DNA from: Macrostomum lignano
Taxonomy: Eukaryota
Assembly (NCBI GenBank): GCA_002269645.1
Contig: NIVC01000146.1
Location: 310,001-374,000, forward strand
Reading direction: 5' to 3'
Length of the DNA stretch: 64,000 nt
This document shows, piece after piece, positions 56,901-64,000 of the stretch. The position numbers and the translations under genes were made by a program. Within the stretch, counting starts at the first letter, position 1. Each line of letters begins with the position of its first letter. The notes beneath the pieces are model-generated. The model saw nothing but the letters and a program-made list of their open reading frames with translations. It searched no databases and was not told the DNA's origin.

Positions 56901-59900
56901 ACACTTCAATGTGTTAACTAACGCTAGTGCTGACACCAGTGTGTTAACTAACGTTAGTGCTGACACTTCAATGTGTTAACTAACGCTAGTGCTGACACCA
57001 GTGTGTTAACTAACGTTAGTGCTGACACTTCAATGTGTTAACTAACGCTAGTGCTGACACTTCAGTGTGTTAATTAACGTTAGTGCTGACACTTCAGTGT
57101 GTTAATTAACGTTAGTGCTGACACTTCAGTGTGTTGATATCCATTAGTGTTGATATAAGCTCAGCCCAGAATGCTCCCAGTTTGCACCAAATTGCAGTTC
57201 TCACTCACATCTGATAGTCGGGCGAGAATCTGGCGCAAGTGACGGGAGGCGGAGGCGCATCCGGGTTGGTGGAGCCAAGCAGGCAGACGAGCTCGGGCTG
57301 GTAGCCGGGACTCCAGCCGCGGCAGCCGCGCCGGACGCTGAGGCCCACAAGCACCTCCTGCGGCGGGGTGATGGCATGAGAATAACAAATTGCAATCTGA
57401 GACAGTTTTGTAAGAAAATTCATCGTAATCTTAACAAAGAAAAGTTTCTTGAAATTCTTTGGAGTAGTTAAGGAAACAAGATTTAAATATTAGCATCTTT
57501 TACATCTTTTAAGTTTTTTTAAGCTATAAAAGTGAGCACTACTCATCTCGCAATTGCACTTTAACGCTATCACGTATAATATATATATATATATATATTA
57601 TAACACCAAACTTGTTATTTATATATATATATGTATCGCAGAAAGCCTTGACCAGTTTAGAAGACAGTTTGTTATAAATAACACTTACAAGGAATATAGC
57701 GCCGTGTTAAGAATTCCACACAAATATACACAGTGACCAGCACTATAAACAGCATTTGTAACTTGGGCTTCAGTCAGCGCTGCTATTGACAATTCTTGAT
57801 TTGAATTGATTTTCTTGAATTTCTATATTTAAATTGATTATTGGCTTGCTCTTACATACACTAACAAATAGACAGACATATAAGAGAGGGAATTAAGTAA
57901 TTTTGCGAAAATCACGAGACTTTCACGAGACAATATAATGATCGGATGAATTAATTCAATTCAATTTTATCCGCGCAAAAGCTGTTAGCGATAATTATGA
58001 AATTAATGGAGACCATGGAGTTTTATATGCAGAATCTGGAGTGGAAACTTACTAGCCAATCATCACTAGCTACTTATCTAATAGTTAGGACTGACTGTAG
58101 TTTGATTTTCGAATTTTATAAAATTCATTTTTCAAACAAAATTTTAATTTTTGGGAGAGTGAGCTCTGGTCTGCATTGGTTTCCTTGCCAGGTTTTGCAT
58201 TTAGAACTACAGGGAGGAGATTTGCTCAAGCGGTAAGTCTGTTTTAATACTAATTCAGTATGATTTAATCTACAAACTATACAAGATCAAGAATAGAGAG
58301 AAGTAGGCATAATATAACTCTTTTTTGCTCTAATATCAGAAGCTTTAATGGCAGAATTTGTTATAATGATATTATATTTTTTGTATTATAAGCAAACTTC
58401 ATTAAAGCAGAAAGATCTGCAGAGAACAAAATCTACTGGTAAATAAACTTATATAAAGGTCATTATGTTATTTTTATTTATAAATAATATGTTTTATAGT
58501 TAATAACTTTTTTATAATGTTAAAGAAGGCTAATTGATGCAATTCAGTTTTCATAAACAGAAGAGAAATAAAAAATCGAGTTATGATTATTTCCACAGTG
58601 CATTATCTTGTTAATTTATAGCATTTGAGTAATAATGATGCTATATTTTGTTAAACTAATTTGGCATCAAATCAACCGATTTGAACTGCAAAATGTAAAT
58701 TGCCAGTTGCAGTGCATTGATAAAATATTCGAGAAACAGATTTAATTAGCTAGTAAAAAATTAGAATAGGTATGTACGATCGGAGAGACGCCATGCCAAC
58801 ACGCAGTTCAGGGTGCATGTCCTTACACAGATACATAGCGTGCCATAAATTACATAATGGCATGTACAGTGGGCGCAGTTCGCTCACCAAGGAACATTCA
58901 CTGACAATGACAGATGCAAGAAGGAATCCATCGAATCGATTAAAGTTAGCAGCTGTTTTATAAATAAACAATCAGATTAAATGCGTAAGCCAGTCATGGG
59001 ATTTGCCTTGCAGCAGGAATTGAACTGACTGGCTCCCTTGCTCTCACATTGAAGCTCTAAAGAGCACCGCAGATACTAGAATAACTAGATAGGCCACTCA
59101 GGCATATATACTTAGCAAAACAGCTTTCTACTTTCAGTTCAGTAGCAATGAAGAATACATAAGCTATTTTATAAGAATAAAGGCAGCTGAGATGACTGAT
59201 AAATTTAGAAGCTTTCAGACTTAAACAGCTTGCTAATTGGTTCAGCCATAATGTACATTAGCCACTGAAATGTACATGGCAGATTTAGGCTGGAACAAGC
59301 GAGGAAGGCAATAAAAATTGGGTGGCGGGGCAGGGGTTGAGGTTCTGTGTGGAGTTTGAGGGGTTTAAGCTTGGTGGGAAAGAGCCAATAAATAAGCTTT
59401 GTTTATAAAAAAACATTTAAATGCTTCAGTTTAACTTACTACTGAACTGAAAGTAGCTTGTACGCAAGTGTTCTGAGTGGCCCATCTACGCTCGTAGCTA
59501 TTCTAGTATCTGTGAAGAGCACTTGAAAGCAAAACAGAAATTTCCCTCCCAACTCCGGGATCTTAACCTTGGCGTGGTGATTTTGAAACACGTCCGAGTG
59601 GAACGGACTCGATGACCGACTTGACGACGAGCCAAACCGAGGTCTCGGCGGCCGCTTCAGGGTGGGCAGGGTGAAGTTAGGGGCAGCGATTTTTAATGAG
59701 ACATCCGCGAATCGCACAATGCTGGCTAGTTAAAACACATTGGTGTTTAGTTTCCCTTAGAAATTTCTGTTTAATACGTGACAGAGATGATATTGCGTCA
59801 TCCGTTTGAGCCGTTTGGGGGCTCTCGTGTATGGAAAGTTGAATATGGCCAACCCACTGAGAATCTGTTTGTCACTAAAGTTTCAAGAAACGTGTCACAA

Positions 59901-61467
59901 TTGTCAAAGTTATGTCCCTTTGTCATTTATAATTTGTCTACAAATGCTACAAAAATTGAGTACAAAAACGGCTTATTTTAGGACATCACACAGTTTCTAC
60001 TTTCAATATTCGACAAGCCAAAATTCAATTTACTAGTACTTGTGACAAGCAACAAACTGTCAAACATTATCAGTTTACATCATCAGTAAACATTATCAGC
60101 TTACATCATCAGTAAACATTATCAGTTTACATCATCAGTAAACATTATCAGCTTACATCATCAGTAAACATGATCAGTTTACATCATCAGTAAACATGAT
60201 CAGTTTACATCATCAGTAAACATTATCAGTTTACATCATCAGTAAACATTATCAGTTTACATCATCAGTGAACATTATCAGCTTACATCATCAGTCAGAT
60301 GCTCGTACGTCTAGATTGAATCTCAGTTTGGATCAACTTGAACTGTATGAGGTATGCAAAATATATCTGCAACGAAAAGCTGTCAACAGAACGCCCGAGT
60401 GCGAATCCCCATAAAGATCTCATACTTTTAAAGAGGTCGACTTGCTGCTAATTATAGTTTGCATGCAAACTGAAAACAATGAAACGTCGAATGCCAATTT
60501 ATTAAAATGCATTGTTTCAAGTGCGCCAACACCCACTATATTTGCCTTTAATGCAAGCGCAAAGCAATCATGTTTTGACAATTGTGGTTGAGGGCAAAAT
60601 TCCTGTGCTTAGCATGCTACTGGTCCGATACTGTTGGTGAGTAGTACACACTAAGTGCATTGAAAAATCCAGCTCATGCAACCAAATAGTTATGCGAGGT
60701 GAAATTGAGGATAAATAGCAAAGGAGAATATTTGGCATTATTGCCTGCTTGATTAGGGTCTGGGGTTTAAATTCTCCCAAGAGTTACGACTGAATTAGTT
60801 GTTCTACCCTACTATACTAATGATAGTAAAGTCCGTATAAAAGCTGCTGAATTTGGCGGATAGGGCAGATTAAAAGGGAAGTCTATTTTTCTAATCAGAG
60901 CTAGATACGAATATGCCAAAACAAAATCTTGAGCAGCTCGACAATTGACACGAACACTCGGCGGCTACCTCGTAATTAAGCCTCACCCGACTCTGCATCA
61001 GTCTCTAAACTCGATTTTAGTTGCCGAAACTACCCAGTGACAAACAAAAGCACCCAGTTAATTGATGGACACGTGGGGCTCGCTGAGTCACTGATGATGC
61101 TGCATGGCTGACAGGCTGGGTAAAAGCAGGGAGGGTTTGAGGAGGGAGGCGCGTGCAGTCACGGGGGCGTGTGATGAAGCATCGGATGCTGGCATACAGA
61201 CGCAGCGCGCGAGCGCGCGAGATTGGCATGTCACCTGATGCTAGAAAGCACCTGGTCTTTCTCCGTGTGTCAGTTCGAAGGATTGCCGCCTTAACATTTC
61301 ATTTCTAATTCACAAAATCTCAGCTTTCCTGAATATCTGGCTGAAATGCAACTAAAGGGAGCTGATAGGAAAACACAGGGTTGGGGTGGGTCGTCATTCG
61401 CACCGAGACTCATGTTGGTTCAGGTGACTCACCCGGTCCGGAGGCTGCTTTGGCGAGCCTGCGGCAA

Positions 61468-61508
<41 letters not shown>

Positions 61509-62240
61509 GACCCGGAGATGCGGCTGAAATCCTCGTGCAGATCCGAGTCGTCGTACTGCTCCACGCACAGCTCCACCGTCTGCGGGGGGACGAGGGGTTT
61601 TGGACGAGCGTGAAGAGGGTGGTTGACGGAGAAGGTGGGTGGCAAAGGTGAGGAGAGGTGACGTAATCAATCAAAAAGACGCGCTCTCACCATAATCTCG
61701 GAGCGGACTTCTCTCCGACTGAAGCTGAGCAGGCAGACGTGCGCCGTGCCAGCAACCAGCAGCCGCTGGAAGTCGGCATCAAAGGAGATGAGCTGCACCG
61801 CCAGCGCCTCGTCGCCGAGCTGCCAGTTGGCGCCGCCGCTGGCCTCAGTTCCTCCCGAGGCCGGTGCCGCCGGATCAGCCGTCGTCTCGGAGGAAACCTG
61901 GCGGGAGGTGGGTTTGCTGCCGCCGCTCCCTGGCTCGAAGTACTTGGAGGTACGCAGGCGATACAGCGCCTGCAGCTCCAGCAGCGAGGCGTCCCAAAAC
62001 TTCAACGACCCGTCGGCGTGGCCAGTGACGAGGATTTCCGAGTAGCTGGTCTTGGAGTCGCCCCATTCGCCCCCTGTGACGGGCCACTGCTTGGTGCTGA
62101 AGCCCTCCGAGTGCTTCTGCGACCGGCCGACCATGAAGAAGGACTCAATGAGCTTGTGCGGGCAGTCGGCCACGTAGTGGCAGGCGGTGACGGGCGACTC
62201 GTGCAGGTCCATGGGGTACGGGTTCTCGAAGTTCGGGTAC
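41964..62240 (-). CDS. STXBP5: Tomosyn (syntaxin-binding protein 5; WD40/Lgl-type propellers plus C-terminal R-SNARE motif), 5'-partial
   Basis: Core exons 62240-61691, 61579-61433, 57357-57209, 56520-56432, 56177-56101, 50462-50081, 48621-48511, 48037-47559, 46917-46712, 45345-45250, 44765-44629, 44523-44402 and 42107-41964 are all phase-compatible GT-AG. Motifs: YPNFENPYPMDLHESPVT, TGHADGSLKFWD, PGYQPELV, GSVDPHSRNPRSP, PCLWVGT, SIDREQLFGE, ERGEKLSEVDEQT, KKWWPF*. Upstream exons were not found in 62241-64000. Confidence 0.95.
42300..43525. repeat. GA-rich ~14-bp degenerate array in last tomosyn intron
   Basis: ggcggaggggagaa variants. Confidence 0.93.
43985..44290. repeat. 24-bp minisatellite
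   Basis: Unit gagacgaaggatgagattaagggt. Confidence 0.9.
44815..45135. repeat. 39-bp minisatellite
   Basis: Unit gattagcaatccattctattccttcatctgtgttggata. Confidence 0.93.
45880..46660. repeat. ~20-bp degenerate minisatellite
   Basis: Unit gaaaatggcgccttgatttt variants. Confidence 0.92.
46985..47482. repeat. 9-bp repeat array
   Basis: gtcggaggt / gttggatgt units. Confidence 0.95.
48075..48506. repeat. 23-bp minisatellite filling a tomosyn intron
   Basis: Unit cctgaactgccgctccctccagt. Confidence 0.96.
48985..49712. repeat. 19-bp telomere-like minisatellite
   Basis: Unit ccctaatccccaaccctat (minus strand ATAGGGTTGGGGATTAGGG). Confidence 0.95.
51055..51515. repeat. 16-bp minisatellite
   Basis: Unit tagaacctggttaatc / tagaacctggttgatc. 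Confidence 0.93.
51956..52021 (-). CDS. Candidate tomosyn cassette microexon B, 66 nt, phase 0-0 (SKQTKKQRTQAKWHCIVDKAAQ)
   Basis: tttgttgcAG|TCG...CAG|GTGGGC, in frame. Peptide is similar to exon A. Confidence 0.6.
52130..52640. repeat. 109-bp tandem repeat, ~3.5 copies
   Basis: tccctatggtt recurs at 52311, 52420 and 52529. Confidence 0.88.
53307..53369 (-). CDS. Candidate tomosyn cassette microexon A, 60-63 nt, phase 0-0 ((Q)HEESGRAKSRWLSLVTKASK)
   Basis: Long upstream polypyrimidine tract, tandem GAG/CAG acceptors (exon start 53369 or 53366), donor AAG|GTCAGG. Peptide is similar to exon B. Confidence 0.6.
53880..54350. repeat. 18-bp minisatellite
   Basis: Unit gggatttcccttggaaat. Confidence 0.96.
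55006..55131 (-). CDS. Candidate tomosyn cassette exon C, 126 nt, phase 0-0
   Basis: accgccAG|TGC...GAG|GTACAG. Encodes CLHHSLSIGAWGTPTMKRRPLRNLRCDMKAKSCLNIDLRPTE, in frame between exon ends 56101 and 50462. Confidence 0.45.
55325..55640. repeat. ~40-bp G-rich minisatellite
   Basis: Unit ggggttgtaggggggttgtgcgggcggttggactggggtg. Confidence 0.92.
56570..57135. repeat. 30-32-bp minisatellite
   Basis: Unit aacgctagtgctgacacttcagtgtgttaact. Confidence 0.93.
59568..59654 (-). CDS. Candidate tomosyn exon, 87 nt, phase 0-0 (RPPRPRFGSSSSRSSSPFHSDVFQNHHAK)
   Basis: CTAAC branch-like site and C-rich tract before gaAG, donor AAG|GTTAAG, open and in frame between the phase-0 flanking exons. Confidence 0.55.
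60060..60297. repeat. 26-bp minisatellite
   Basis: Unit aaacattatcagtttacatcatcagt. Confidence 0.93.
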
Positions 62241-62471
62241 CTGCGAGGAGGGAAAACTGCATGACTGAAAATCGTCTGTCGAAATTTCGGCAAACTCTAC
62301 TAGGAAAATCGTTAGAAAATAGAAATTAGAAAACCGGGCTCTTGTTAGTAAAGTTATTCAGGTTTGAATTAAAAAAGATCGAGAAAGCTCGTTCGAAGAT
62401 TTCTGAGAAGTCAAGGCTCGGGTGGATTACATGGAGGGGATGGAGAGGAGGGGGATTGCTTAGATGCCAAT

Positions 62472-62806
62472 CAGGGACAACTAAAACCCTCGGGACGCGA
62501 AACGAGCCAATTCATGGCAAAAAATCTGAGGGGCTCGCTTAAAAGTATTGTTCTATGGCTTTTTCAAGTCTTCTCTGCTATCAGGCAAATTAAAATTGCT
62601 TTAGCTGCGGCCAGCAGTGAAGCTAAGCTGAACTATATCAAGAGAAACTACTCGACATTGCTTCGCTTTACTATTTAATCTAACCGTTAATGCCTGATAG
62701 CAGAGAAGACTTGAAAAAGCCATAGAACAATACTTTTAAGCGAGCCCCTCAGATTTTTTGCCATGAATTGGCTCGTTTCGCGTCCCGAGGGTTTTAGTTG
62801 TCCCTG
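62472..62806. mobile_element. Non-autonomous hAT-type MITE, 335 bp
   Basis: Perfect 116-bp TIRs (62472-62587 and 62691-62806) starting CAGGG, and an exact 8-bp TSD ATGCCAAT at 62464-62471 and 62807-62814. Confidence 0.92.
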
Positions 62807-64000
62807 ATGCCAATGATCAATTGTAAGTTGTTGGTAGGCCAAGCCAAAGGCAGATCAAAAGGGAGAGTCAGGGTTAAGCTGTGGCTTAAAGGGAGGCTTT
62901 GATGCCACAGCTCACAGGGGTGCTGATGTCTTAGGCTGGACAGCAAATGCGTTTTTGCTTTAAACATCTTTTCTTAGGATACTAACAATACAAGGTCAAA
63001 ACCTACATGTAGTTTACTCAATATTTTTTTCTTTCTTTGTTGCCAACCCGAAGTGTCAGCTAAACCGATTGGAGAAGCAATAAAAATATTGTCTATTCTG
63101 AATTCCTATTTACAAAGTGTAGGAGAAGCCAACCTTTGCGCTGAACTATAAAAGCTTAAACTGCATGGAAATAATCACGGCCAGGACACAGAAAATGCTC
63201 CGATTCTCTCCCGCAGCTCTTTCAATTGCGTCTCAGCAAGGGCTGAGCGGAAATCCCTCAATTCAAATCCTTGCCAAGATCCGCTTCCTTCGATTTCCTT
63301 GGTCCAGAAATCTTCCCCCTTTAGAGGAGCCCTGCAAAGAATTCTTGCCAAAACTCAACCATCAGGCCGAGCAATCTTTGCCTTGAGTGAAAATCATGAT
63401 TCCTGGAACTGAGACCTTCGTGTTGCCTTCTGCAGCAGCGGGAAAAAAGCAGATGAAACCTTACTAGGGCCACGGAGGTGGGGCCAGTTCGTGACTAAGA
63501 TTACCAAAAAAACTAAGGCGTCAACGGGATGGCTAAAATGTTTCGATCAGACTTTCAAAGTGCATTCCAAATATGTTTGTCTAATTTCCATTCTTGCATT
63601 AAGCAACAGAACAGTCTGCAGAAAAATACAGAAAGTACAAGAGAGTGGAGAGAGAAAGTGCTCAGAATAAGAAGAAGAGCAAATTTACTCGAACTTTCTT
63701 TGATCGAACTGGCCGCCAAATTCTGAATTGCCCGTTTGCCTTGGCCTGGCCATTTTTCCTGCTCCCTTATGAGCCTCGTCTATCGCCTTCCGCGCATGAA
63801 TATTGAATGGCCGAAGCTGCCCGCCAGGATGGGAAATAACTTTGGCCCGCGAAGCCCAGAAGCCAGACTCGCCAGGGCAAGGAGGAGAAACTAAGTGTCC
63901 AAAGCGGCTACATATTTATGCTGTCTGTGTTTGTCAGTTCCTGGCTAGCTACTGCGCGACAGGGTTCAGGATTGCTGTTAGCAACGGAAGGGACGAAAAA

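Overview
Eukaryotic (invertebrate metazoan) genomic DNA. It has GC-rich exons with poly-Q/A/G tracts, and GT-AG introns and spacers filled with more than 35 unrelated mini/microsatellite arrays. This organisation suggests the free-living flatworm Macrostomum, but that is inference only. I reconstructed spliced genes by hand from splice sites and reading frame. They are: a misshapen/MAP4K4-type kinase (+, 5 exons), molybdopterin synthase large subunit MOCS2B (+, 3 exons), an intronless FLYWCH zinc-finger protein (-), a VIP36/LMAN2-type L-lectin (-, 5 exons, largely missed by the ORF track), an orphan single-pass membrane ORF (+), and the 3' part of tomosyn/STXBP5 (-, 13 core exons plus 4 candidate in-frame cassette exons; its 5' part was not found in the window). 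Mobile DNA includes a fresh 335-bp hAT-type MITE (perfect 116-bp TIRs, 8-bp TSD), a decayed mariner, a MITE-like shell around a minisatellite and an RTE-like 3' fragment. The best lead is two paralogous 60-66-nt phase-0 microexons in the tomosyn hypervariable region. They encode a peptide (RAKSRWLSLVTKA / RTQAKWHCIVDKA) resembling the Munc13 calmodulin-binding motif. Most long ORFs in the supplied track are tandem-repeat artefacts. All homology calls come from recalled family motifs; no database search was run.
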